Shown here one piece after another: positions 8,804 to 16,656 of a stretch of DNA of 35,893 nucleotides. The translations under genes and the position numbers were made by a program. The notes under the pieces are model-generated. The model saw only the letters and a program-made list of their open reading frames with translations, was not told where the DNA came from and did not search any database. How positions within the stretch are numbered: position 1 is the stretch's first letter; each line of letters opens with the position of its first letter. The DNA is from Candidatus Sulfotelmatobacter sp. (GTDB lineage: Bacteria > Acidobacteriota > Terriglobia > Terriglobales > Acidobacteriaceae), in contig JBEKWZ010000001.1 in assembly GCA_049512555.1 (NCBI GenBank), positions 1-35,893 of the forward strand. Direction: 5' to 3'.

Positions 8804-8914
8804 ATGACGTACTTAATGACTAAACCATGCCCCATCTGCAAGAAACAATTGTCTAAGCAACTACCTACCGAAAGCGTAAAGTGTTCCTGCGGTAACCATG
8901 TTTGGCAGGGCTAG
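8804..8914 (+). CDS. 36-aa zinc-ribbon mini-protein
   Basis: Below the ORF-track size cutoff. GAGGAG lies 7-8 nt upstream of the ATG at 8804. Manual translation gives MTYLMTKPCPICKKQLSKQLPTESVKCSCGNHVWQG-stop (CPxC ... CxC). Confidence 0.45.
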   Translation: MTYLMTKPCPICKKQLSKQLPTESVKCSCGNHVWQG

Positions 8915-9045
8915 ATCCAGCGATAGGCGATCGCCCATTCTGATGCCCGCGCGACTACGCAGTCACGCATCTTCGCGGTGCTGCCGGGAGATTTGGAACG
9001 CATACAGGCCTCAAGTATGTAGCGCTCGGCTGCGTCCCGATGAGC

Positions 9046-9315
9046 TTAGAACGGGTTGACCTGGGGAAAGTGAATCTTCAGTTTCTCGCAAATGAAGAGA
9101 ATCAGGATCGCGCCGAGTGTGGAAAAAATGAGACCAGCAGGGTGGTACCGTTCGTTTGTCGGGCGCCAAAGCATGTGACTAACGCCGCCACCGATGATCG
9201 ATCCGATGATGCCGAGCACGGTTGTCCAGAACATCGTCATATGGACGTGCATCACCGTTTTCCCGATGAACCCCGAGATTAGCCCAATCAGGATATACCA
9301 GATTAAGTGAAACAT
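9046..9315 (-). CDS. GlsB/YeaQ/YmgE-family (transglycosylase-associated) stress membrane protein
   Basis: 89 aa with three hydrophobic Gly-rich helices ([41 protein letters not shown]), characteristic of this family. Confidence 0.85.
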   Translation of the reverse strand: MFHLIWYILIGLISGFIGKTVMHVHMTMFWTTVLGIIGSIIGGGVSHMLWRPTNERYHPAGLIFSTLGAILILFICEKLKIHFPQVNPF

Positions 9316-9647
9316 ACTTTACCCTCAGCGTTTGGCTTCAGAACGTCTCGTTGGCCCTCTTCGTGCGACCCCGCCGCGTGCGGCGGAAGATCGAGACACG
9401 GTGTTTTCTGGGTCAGAACAAAGTTCATTTCGTTCGCCAGTTCCGTCAACTTCTCAGGATCTTGTTCGCCAAGGCACCGGGCCGCCAATTCTTTCCACCG
9501 CTCAAAGTTTTTCGACACATCGTCCTGATTTCCTTCGATACGACAAATTTTGGGACGCTCTCGCAGGCTCAACTTTTCCCGTCGTACCGGGTCCACGTTG
9601 TAATCCGAAGTCACAAGTGTGAGTAGACAGATTAGGCTCACAGCCAA
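9303..9647 (-). CDS. Hypothetical protein (start uncertain)
   Basis: The ORF overlaps the downstream GlsB-like gene by 13 nt on the same strand. A helical charged core ([35 protein letters not shown]) looks like a real small protein. The only upstream start candidates are TTG or GTG. Confidence 0.45.
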   Translation of the reverse strand: MAVSLICLLTLVTSDYNVDPVRREKLSLRERPKICRIEGNQDDVSKNFERWKELAARCLGEQDPEKLTELANEMNFVLTQKTPCLDLPPHAAGSHEEGQRDVLKPNAEGKVCFT

Positions 9648-9930
9648 ACATCCGTCTGTCCAATATTGACCACATCGACGGGTAATGCCGTCCAGACTGT
9701 CAGTGCGCTATCTCGGCTGCAAACAGAATCTGGGACACCCGATCAATACAGGCCAAGGCGCTGACAACTTTATTTGTTTCCTCGCCAGACATTCTCCCCA
9801 GCACCCGCAATCACCTACGGCCTCGAGACTAGAAAGGGAACATTGATGCCTTAACATGCAACTCTGCTGCTTTGCCGGTCCATCGAAGCCTGCAACTATT
9901 ACAGCATTGCAATGTTTCAGGAGGACCTCG

Positions 9931-12723
9931 ATGAAACGCGCCAATCGATCAGCCAAACTGTGGGCTGCTGCCTTTGTGTTTTCCTTCGTCGCTTTCAATT
10001 CTCAATCTGGCGTATGTCAATCGTCTGCCCAGCGAGCCCAGTCTTTGGACGAGCGTCTACCCCTGCTCTTCGAACAAAACGTAGGACAGACAAAATCTCA
10101 AGTGCAGTACCTGGCCCGCTCAGGACGATACCAGGTCTATTTGCTCCACAACGGGGCTGTGCTGAAGGTCGCTGGCAAGGAGCGCAACGCCGTGGTCCGG
10201 ACGACCCTGCGCAAGGCAAACGAGAACGCTCCGGTTGACGGCGTAGAGCCACAGTCCGCCAAGACAAACTATCTGCTCGGCCCTAGCACTGCCTGGAAGA
10301 CAGGCGTCGCGAACTTCGCTGCCGTGAAGTATGAGGGAGTGTACCCGGGAATCAATCTCAAGTATTACAGCCGGCAGCAACAACTGGAATATGACTTCGA
10401 CGTCGCACCACTAGCCGATCCATCCACGATCTCGCTAAATATCGAGGGCGCAGACAAAATCACAATGGACAAAGATGGCGCGCTGGTGCTGAAGACAGTA
10501 GCGGGAAATGTGCGTTGGCTGAAGCCATTGGCGTATCAGCAATCGGAAACCGGCCGTCAGCCCGTCGCCGCCGCGTACCGCATCCACGGAAATCACGTCA
10601 GCTTCAAGCTTGGAGCTTACGACCGAGCAAAGTCTCTGGTCATTGATCCAGCCATGGTCTACGGAACGTTTCTCGACGGAAGCACCGCTGATCGCTACAC
10701 CGGCTTTCTGGTTGACTCCGCCGGCTTCGCCTACATTGTCGGCTATACCTTATCCTCCGACTTCCCGGTCACTCCTGGCGCCTACCAGAATTTTCACACG
10801 CAGAATTACGAGGCTTTCGTTTCCAAGTTAAGCCAGGATGGCTCGTACCTTCTCTGGTCGACGATGGTTGGAGGTACGGGGCCTAACACTGGATCGTCGC
10901 CGGGCGGCTTCGCGTTAGACCCCACCGGAAACGTGTACATTGTCGGGGTAACCGGCGACTATACCGTCAACAATAACAGCGGGGCTCTGATTCCCTCCGT
11001 TTCCACATTTCCTACAAGCGCAGGCGCGTACAACCGCACGGAGCTCGCCGGCTGGCGTGAGTTCCTGGTGAAACTGAACAGTACGGGCAGCGCTTTGGAC
11101 TTCTCGACTTTCCTGAGCGACCAACCCAACATCATTCCTTTCGCGGTGGCCGTCGATTCCGCGAGCAATGTATATGTGACCGGAGAATACAACCATGCCA
11201 GCGGCCTTGTCGCCCCGTTCCCGGCTACATCCGGCGCTTACCAATCGACCTACGGGGGCGACAACGACGCTTTCGTCATGAAGTTCAATTCGACGGGAAC
11301 CACGTTGGACTATGCCACACTCGTCGGCGGCGAATACGACGACATTGCCTACCAGATCATGGTGGATTCCGCCGGAAACGCAACCATCGATGGCCCCACC
11401 TACTCCCCTGATTACCCCATCACCTCGAACGGCCTCAGGCAAGCCAGCAACGCCGGGGGCTTCATCACTACATTGAATACCACCGGCACCGGGCTGATTT
11501 ATTCCACCGTGCTCAACGATGTGGCGAACATCAAAGTAAAGCGCGATGCTGCTGGCTACTACTATGCCGGAGGTTCGGCGGGCCTGAACTTGCCAACCAC
11601 AAAAACCGCTTTCCAGCGAACTTTTCCCAGTACTGCAACTCAAACCCACCAGGGTTTTCTTACCGAAATCGACCCGTCCGGGAATCTGGTCTATTCGTCT
11701 TATCTGGGCGGCAAGGTAGCCTCTCCGACGTCGGAGGACACACAGATTCTGCTCGTATCACCCAATAGCGTGGTCGTTGGCGGCGATCGCTCTTCTGACT
11801 CTACGTTCCCGGTGACCGATCGCAGCTACGAGCAGGACGCTTGCTCTTTTCTCGCCAAGTTCAACACCCAGGCTTCGGGCGCCGCTTCGCTGCTGTACTC
11901 AGGATGTACGCCCGTGAACGGGACCAACAACATCACCGTGAACCTGTTCCGGGGTGTCGGATATTTCTCTGACTCGCAACTCTATATCGACGCCGACGAC
12001 AACCTCTACGCCATCAATGAGAACGGCCCCGCGTCCTCCAACGCTTTTCAGAAAGCTCCGCCGAGTCTGGGCTCGGGCGACGGCTCTTATGTCTGGTTCG
12101 GAAAGTACAATCTTGGCCAGCCCGGCAGCGGAGGCGTGAATTTAAGCGCTCCTGCTCTGGTGTACTCATACCCCTACGGAAACCCTGTCACGTTCCGAGC
12201 CACGGGACGAAGTCCACAATGCTCCGCCGGTGTAGCCGCGATGCGCGTCTATACCGCGCCCGGTGTGGCCGCTTATACCACGTTAGGCGCTACTCTTGAT
12301 GCCAATATTTATTTTCCCGTTACCGGTTCAGACATTCTGCAGTTCAACGCTGTGATTGTGGTTTACGACAATTGTGGGAAAGCGTTTTCGTTAACCGTCC
12401 CTGTCCTGGTCCAGGCATCTACCGTAACCCCTCCCACTCCAGTCGTGGTTTCACCGGCCGACGGATCGAATTCCTACGGCGGGCCGATTGGCGCAGTCAC
12501 TTCGCCCGTTCATTTCGTTGCCAGTGCCACCGCGCCCACCTGCAGTCAGGGCATCTCTGCCATGCGCATCTATACCGCGCCTGGGGTCGCAGCCTACACC
12601 GTGAGTGGCGCTTCGCTCGACACTTACCTGAGCCTGACGCCTGGTACCTACAATGTTGTCGTGCAAGCTTGGGATAAATGCGGAGGCGTGTACAAAACAC
12701 CGCTGACGGTGACGGTCGAGTAG
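9931..12723 (+). CDS. Secreted SBBP-type beta-propeller repeat protein with two C-terminal Ig-like domains
   Basis: The ATG at 9931 follows AGGAGGA and gives a signal peptide (MKRANRSAKLWAAAFVFSFVAFNSQSGVCQ). A blade motif recurs: YEAFVSKLSQDGS, REFLVKLNSTGS, NDAFVMKFNSTGT, GGFITTLNTTGT, QGFLTEIDPSGN, CSFLAKFNTQAS. The C-terminal ~100-aa module is duplicated. Confidence 0.88.
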   Translation: MKRANRSAKLWAAAFVFSFVAFNSQSGVCQSSAQRAQSLDERLPLLFEQNVGQTKSQVQYLARSGRYQVYLLHNGAVLKVAGKERNAVVRTTLRKANENAPVDGVEPQSAKTNYLLGPSTAWKTGVANFAAVKYEGVYPGINLKYYSRQQQLEYDFDVAPLADPSTISLNIEGADKITMDKDGALVLKTVAGNVRWLKPLAYQQSETGRQPVAAAYRIHGNHVSFKLGAYDRAKSLVIDPAMVYGTFLDGSTADRYTGFLVDSAGFAYIVGYTLSSDFPVTPGAYQNFHTQNYEAFVSKLSQDGSYLLWSTMVGGTGPNTGSSPGGFALDPTGNVYIVGVTGDYTVNNNSGALIPSVSTFPTSAGAYNRTELAGWREFLVKLNSTGSALDFSTFLSDQPNIIPFAVAVDSASNVYVTGEYNHASGLVAPFPATSGAYQSTYGGDNDAFVMKFNSTGTTLDYATLVGGEYDDIAYQIMVDSAGNATIDGPTYSPDYPITSNGLRQASNAGGFITTLNTTGTGLIYSTVLNDVANIKVKRDAAGYYYAGGSAGLNLPTTKTAFQRTFPSTATQTHQGFLTEIDPSGNLVYSSYLGGKVASPTSEDTQILLVSPNSVVVGGDRSSDSTFPVTDRSYEQDACSFLAKFNTQASGAASLLYSGCTPVNGTNNITVNLFRGVGYFSDSQLYIDADDNLYAINENGPASSNAFQKAPPSLGSGDGSYVWFGKYNLGQPGSGGVNLSAPALVYSYPYGNPVTFRATGRSPQCSAGVAAMRVYTAPGVAAYTTLGATLDANIYFPVTGSDILQFNAVIVVYDNCGKAFSLTVPVLVQASTVTPPTPVVVSPADGSNSYGGPIGAVTSPVHFVASATAPTCSQGISAMRIYTAPGVAAYTVSGASLDTYLSLTPGTYNVVVQAWDKCGGVYKTPLTVTVE

Positions 12724-12775
12724 TTGCTAGGCACAGTCTTCGATTCACGATTCGCGCGGCGGTTTGATTGAAGTC

Positions 12776-12982
12776 CTAAGAGTGCTTCAGTTTGACGTGG
12801 ACGCGAAACGCGTTATCGAGCAGTTCATTGGTTTCCGATCGCGTATTCTGTGTATCGGTCACCGCCTTTTCGACACAGATGATCTCACGGCACTCAGAGC
12901 ATCTGCCGAAGCGATGACTGGCGCGATCCATTTCGTCCCTCGGTCCAAGCCAACCCGCGTCGGTCAACTCTGGTTTCTTCAT
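12776..12982 (-). CDS. Possible small CxxC protein (68 aa)
   Basis: An internal ATG gives MKKPELTDAGWLGPRDEMDRASHRFGRCSECREIICVEK.... The RBS is weak. It competes with a 99-aa plus-strand ORF (12764-13063), and neither is convincing. Confidence 0.25.
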   Translation of the reverse strand: MKKPELTDAGWLGPRDEMDRASHRFGRCSECREIICVEKAVTDTQNTRSETNELLDNAFRVHVKLKHS

Positions 12983-13276
12983 GCCCCAGTTTCCCACAGG
13001 CCGGACGGCTTGGCTAGCCCTGCGAGTCTGGTGAACGCGTGTGTGCGCCAACAGTCTTTCTGATTGTGGCCACAGTTCCCAGCATTCACTCTTGAAACGG
13101 TCAGCACCGGGAATGTTTGACTTTCGATCACACCGGTGCAATCATTGTTTCGTCGAGCGCGGACCAAGTTGTTCCCCGCAGAATTGCCGTTGCTCTCCCT
13201 TTCTTGCGCATCTCTTCATCCTTTTCATACGACATTGCCTTCCGCGCATTTCGGAACTCTTAAAAGGGGACCGACC

Positions 13277-13948
13277 ATGAAACCCGGGGTTGCGGTCAAG
13301 AAACTCAGCAAATTCGATACCAAGACATTCCTTTCAACCATCGACGGCGGCAGGAAACTCTTAGCTTTTCCCAAGAAACGGACAGTCTTCGCTCAGGGCG
13401 ACTCGTCCGATGCTGTTTTCTATGTACAGAAAGGGAAAGTAAGACTTACGGTTATCTCGAAGACCGGAAATGAAGCCACGATCGGCATCCTGAACGAGGG
13501 CGAATTTTTCGGAGAAGGTTGCCTTGCCGGGCAGCCTCTCCGCCTCTGCTCGGCAACCGCAATGACCGATTGCTCCATAATGCGAATCGATAAGAAGTCC
13601 ATGATGGAAGTGCTTCACGGGGAACACGCGTTTTCCGATATGTTCGTGGCATATCTGTTGAGCCGGAATATCCGATACGAGGAGGATTTGGTTGACCAGC
13701 TTTTCAATTCCAGTGAAAAAAGACTGGCCCGAATGTTGCTACTGTTGGCTCACTTCGGCAAGGACGGAAAGCCCGAATCTGTGATCCCCAAGATCACTCA
13801 GCAGACCCTCGCAGAGATGATCGGCACAACTCGCTCACGGGTAAGCTATTTCATGAACAGGTTCAGGAAATTGGGGTTCGTTGACTATCGCGCCGGCGAT
13901 GTCTTACAGGTTCACAGTTCTCTTCTCAACGTCGTTCTCCACGACTAG
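13277..13948 (+). CDS. Crp/Fnr-family transcriptional regulator
   Basis: cNMP-binding-type fold (FAQGDSSDAVFYVQKGKVRLTV...GEGEFFGEGCL) plus a C-terminal HTH (QQTLAEMIGTTRSRVSYFMNRFRKLGFVDY). It has no N-terminal Cys cluster, so it is not an FNR-type O2 sensor. The ATG at 13277 is preferred over the track start at 13136. Confidence 0.9.
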   Translation: MKPGVAVKKLSKFDTKTFLSTIDGGRKLLAFPKKRTVFAQGDSSDAVFYVQKGKVRLTVISKTGNEATIGILNEGEFFGEGCLAGQPLRLCSATAMTDCSIMRIDKKSMMEVLHGEHAFSDMFVAYLLSRNIRYEEDLVDQLFNSSEKRLARMLLLLAHFGKDGKPESVIPKITQQTLAEMIGTTRSRVSYFMNRFRKLGFVDYRAGDVLQVHSSLLNVVLHD

Positions 13949-14254
13949 AGACTCCACCGCTGCGAAGTGTGCCGTTAATCTCATCTGCTCCCTCTCGGCT
14001 TCGCCATTTCCTTGATGAGTTCGACAAGGGTCGTTCCTGGCCGAATGTTTCTTGGTTTCGTTTACCCCTGATGCCCACAATGTCACGAGCCGACCACAGG
14101 TCAATGTGGACCAAAGACCAGCACGCTACGTTCTGGCGTGTTATAGTGGCCGCCGGGGTGGTTACCACCTTCTCCTCTTTCAGGTCTTCTGACCTAAGCC
14201 AGTCCATCTGAAGTTCTCCCCCCTTAGGTGTTTTAGCGAGAGAGCGATGTGCCC

Positions 14255-14437
14255 ATGCCTTTTCAAGCGATCTTGCGCGAAGTCGATCATCTGAACAAAG
14301 TCAGTACGCGTCTCGAAGCATTGGCGGAGAAACATACGCCATTGTCCGAACCACTCATAACAATCGCCGGAACTGTTCGTAATACGGCCACTCTCCTGGA
14401 GGTCCTGGTGGCAACGAAAGGTCCGAAGCCAATCTGA
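14255..14437 (+). CDS. Small helical protein, paralogue A of an unassigned family
   Basis: About 60 aa. 32 of 51 ungapped aligned residues (my manual count) are identical to the ORF at 21251-21457. The shared core is ILxEV..L..VS.RL..LAE.H...SE.LI.I.G.VR.TATLLEVLVA.K. Conservation between two copies argues that the ORF is real. Confidence 0.65.
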   Translation: MPFQAILREVDHLNKVSTRLEALAEKHTPLSEPLITIAGTVRNTATLLEVLVATKGPKPI

Positions 14438-14477
14438 GCTCGATAGAAGACTCTGCCCAGGGCAAGATCGTTTGGAG

Positions 14478-14498
14478 GCACTGGAACTGCTCCAGTGC
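14478..14498 (+). terminator. Hairpin downstream of small protein A (possible terminator)
   Basis: Perfect 8-bp stem GCACTGGA / TCCAGTGC with a 5-nt loop, 41 nt after the stop codon. Only an imperfect T-tract follows (AGGCAGGTTTG). Confidence 0.4.
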
Positions 14499-14750
14499 AG
14501 GCAGGTTTGCGCGTTTGCAGCATCTCCATCTCGTAGTCGATTTGGAACCCGCACTGCGGCAGGCCATTTTACGAAAGTGGTCAATTTTGACCAGACAAAT
14601 ATTTGTCGGCTGAGTAGATTCTCTGATCATGGCCTGACCCATGCACCGACTCAAATGGGTGATCCGGTCGTGAAGGGTTGTATAGCATTCGCGTGTCCTA
14701 ACTCCGCTCCACGTCGAGCACAAGCCAGCTTGTAACTATCCAGAGGAGAT

Positions 14751-15158
14751 GTGGCCATGGATTCCCCCCTTGTGTTGTGCATTGACGACCTTCCCCCAGT
14801 CCTGGAGCTTCGCAAAGCGACTCTGGAGTCTCATGGTTATTCCGTCAAGATCGCATCGAGCGGCCACACCGCGATGAAGTTGTTGGAGGATGCACCAGTG
14901 GCCGCCGTTCTGCTGGAATACAAACAGGAAGGCATAGACGCGGAAGCCGTAGCTTGGCATATCAAGCAACGATTTCCCAAGCTACCAATCATCTTGCTAT
15001 CAGCGTATGCCGAGATGCCTGAGAGGATCCTGTGGTTGGTGGATGAATACGTGATGAAGAGCGAACTGCCGGAACGGCTGGTACCGATCATTGAACGAGC
15101 GTACAGCCGTGCATCGCGTTCGAACGAACGATGCCAGGCTGGCCAGGCAGCAGCGTAA
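14751..15158 (+). CDS. Single-domain CheY-like receiver with Glu at the phospho-acceptor position (atypical/pseudo-receiver)
   Basis: Receiver hallmarks are present: LCIDD acidic pocket, PIILLSAY, VMK. The position aligned with the phospho-Asp of the two paralogues (VIVDYFMPD, VVVDYHMPE) reads VLLEYKQEG. GAGGAG lies upstream, and the start is either the GTG at 14751 or the ATG at 14757. Confidence 0.85.
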   Translation: MAMDSPLVLCIDDLPPVLELRKATLESHGYSVKIASSGHTAMKLLEDAPVAAVLLEYKQEGIDAEAVAWHIKQRFPKLPIILLSAYAEMPERILWLVDEYVMKSELPERLVPIIERAYSRASRSNERCQAGQAAA

Positions 15159-15476
15159 ACGCTCTTCCTCATGGCCGTTTCAGGCCTCTCTCTGCCCCGA
15201 AGCTGATGACGATACCGTCCCTTGCTTCTATTTACGACTCACGGCCCCTCCTCCCAAGTTCTCCAAACAAACTCCACGGGGCGCGCACCGAGCTCGTTTT
15301 CCACGAATCCAAAACTGAGCAATTTTGAACAGACGCCAAGTTAGTCGCGGCTATACCTTCGTGCGGTTGAGGGATGTGAAGGAACTGTTGCGGCCCGCAT
15401 CGTCGTCCGCCGGCTCCTCTGGTGGCGCAGCTAACGGAAATCACTGCGCCACTTCTTTTTCTTGGAGGGATGTCAC

Positions 15477-15641
15477 ATGATGAACAAAGCCCCATCTGCC
15501 GTTCCCTCGCAGGATTCAAACCAACACCACAACGAACCAAAGAAGCCCGAACTTCTAAGCGCCAAACCCAAAGCTACGTTCCAGTGGCCACCCGATTGTG
15601 TGTGGCCGTTCATAGATCACGAATGGGAAAGCGAGCGATAG
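15477..15641 (+). CDS. Possible 54-aa ORF upstream of the second receiver
   Basis: Below the ORF-track size cutoff. GGAGG lies 8 nt upstream of the ATGATG at 15477. Manual translation gives MMNKAPSAVPSQDSNQHHNEPKKPELLSAKPKATFQWPPDCVWPFIDHEWESER-stop. It competes with the 90-aa track ORF 15422-15694 in another frame. Confidence 0.25.
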   Translation: MMNKAPSAVPSQDSNQHHNEPKKPELLSAKPKATFQWPPDCVWPFIDHEWESER

Positions 15642-15769
15642 TCGCCGATGAGACCGGGACCGCGGAAATGGCCGCACAAAAAAAGCGAGCGTGAGCAGTA
15701 TCGAACAGTCTTTCAAGGTCAAAATGATGACACTGAGGATGGTGAGTTGCCCATCCGCTCGCTGTCGAC

Positions 15770-16159
15770 ATGAAGCCCCGAAGCCAAATCGTTCTTTGCA
15801 TCGACGATAACCAAGACTTGCTGGACTGTGAAAAAGCGTTCCTCGAAAGCTTTGGCTATACCGTCCTGACCGCCCCCAGCGGCGGCAAGGGACTGGAACT
15901 GGCTGCCCTCCATTCGGTAGACGTTGTCATTGTCGACTATTTCATGCCTGACATGAACGGCCAAGATGTTGCCATCGAAATGAGACGGCTTCAGCCGCAA
16001 GCGCCAATCATCATGCTATCCGGGGCTGCGGATCTCCCTGACCAGGCGTTGCAGTGGGTAGACGCTTTCGTAGCCAAAGATCGTTTGGCGAGCCAGTTGT
16101 TGCCTGCGATTGCGCAATCGCAGGAAGGTCATGACCGCCAAAGTTGCGGAGCAACCTGA
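15770..16159 (+). CDS. Single-domain CheY-like response regulator (receiver only)
   Basis: LCIDDNQD, VVIVDYFMPDMNG (phospho-Asp), PIIMLSG, FVAKD. It has no output domain. Confidence 0.9.
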   Translation: MKPRSQIVLCIDDNQDLLDCEKAFLESFGYTVLTAPSGGKGLELAALHSVDVVIVDYFMPDMNGQDVAIEMRRLQPQAPIIMLSGAADLPDQALQWVDAFVAKDRLASQLLPAIAQSQEGHDRQSCGAT

Positions 16160-16210
16160 AGGAAGACTCAAGACTCGCCAAAACTAGCCCGTTACCTAGA
16201 GTGGTATTGA

Positions 16211-16238
16211 AGCGCCCCGACGATCAAACCGGGGCGCT
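16211..16238. terminator. Hairpin between convergent genes (likely bidirectional terminator)
   Basis: Perfect 9-bp GC-rich stem AGCGCCCCG / CGGGGCGCT with a 10-nt loop. It lies between the stop of the receiver gene (16159, +) and the stop of the cytochrome c gene (16321, -). T-rich sequence follows on the plus strand (GCATCTTTGT). Confidence 0.6.
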
Positions 16239-16320
16239 GCATCTTTGTACCTGCTATGTACTGCTGCGATCCCGCTCTCGACTTGGAGGCAGATTTTCTC
16301 GGCCACTCTGAACTGCGCGC

Positions 16321-16656
16321 CTACTTCTTGAGGGTCCGGATATAGGCAACCAGTCCCTTAATGTCTTCCGGCTTCAGAGATGCTCCATACTTCGGCATTT
16401 TGTTCTTACCATTCGCGATGGTGTCCGTGAGTGCCGCGTCCGACATTCCCTGCACGGCGGCAGTGGTGAAGTCGTGGACGCCCATCTTCGTCCCCATCGC
16501 TGAACCAACTCCGTCGGCCCCATGACACGCAGCACATTTTCCTTTGTAGAGCGTTTCCGACGCGCTTTGTGCTTGCGCCGACAATGAGAGAAGACACCCG
16601 ACGGCGATCGCCGTCACCGTGGCGAACACTTGCATCCTGATCGTTTTCATATTCAT
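16321..16656 (-). CDS. Periplasmic monohaem class I cytochrome c
   Basis: Signal peptide (VFATVTAIAVGCLLSLSAQAQ), a single CAACH haem site, a distal Met motif (NGKNKMPKYG) and about 85 mature residues. Confidence 0.9.
   Translation of the reverse strand: MNMKTIRMQVFATVTAIAVGCLLSLSAQAQSASETLYKGKCAACHGADGVGSAMGTKMGVHDFTTAAVQGMSDAALTDTIANGKNKMPKYGASLKPEDIKGLVAYIRTLKK

Noticed and set aside
10915-11649. 244-aa minus-strand ORF inside the SBBP gene
   Set aside because: It is antisense to a gene with clear repeat motifs and a signal peptide, and has no features of its own.
12776-12982. Paralogy between the 12776-12982 and 6945-7136 small proteins (both have (R)FG.CSEC and a later NE(M/L)(M/L).N.F)
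   Set aside because: The resemblance needs a 5-residue gap and rests on a handful of residues, which is too weak to claim without a statistical alignment.
12764-13063. 99-aa plus-strand ORF (TTG start)
   Set aside because: It has no RBS or motif and overlaps the equally weak minus-strand candidate. The region may be non-coding.
13136-13276. 5' extension of the Crp ORF
   Set aside because: The extension is not Crp-like. The ATG at 13277 gives a normal-length (223-aa) Crp/Fnr protein.
13277-13948. FNR-type oxygen sensor linked to the hydrogenase and cytochrome genes
   Set aside because: The protein lacks the N-terminal Cys cluster that binds the [4Fe-4S] centre in FNR. No TTGAT-N4-ATCAA box was found upstream of the respiratory genes in this window.
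14585-14594. Shared TTTGACCAG 9-mer upstream of two receiver genes (14586-14594 and 25510-25518)
   Set aside because: The distances to the start codons differ (about 157 versus 49 nt). No convincing -10 element lies at proper spacing. A single shared 9-mer is within chance expectation.
14180-14723. Minus-strand ORFs 14180-14584 and 14355-14723
   Set aside because: They overlap conserved paralogue A and the hairpin and palindrome intergenic region. They have shadow-like composition with no motifs.
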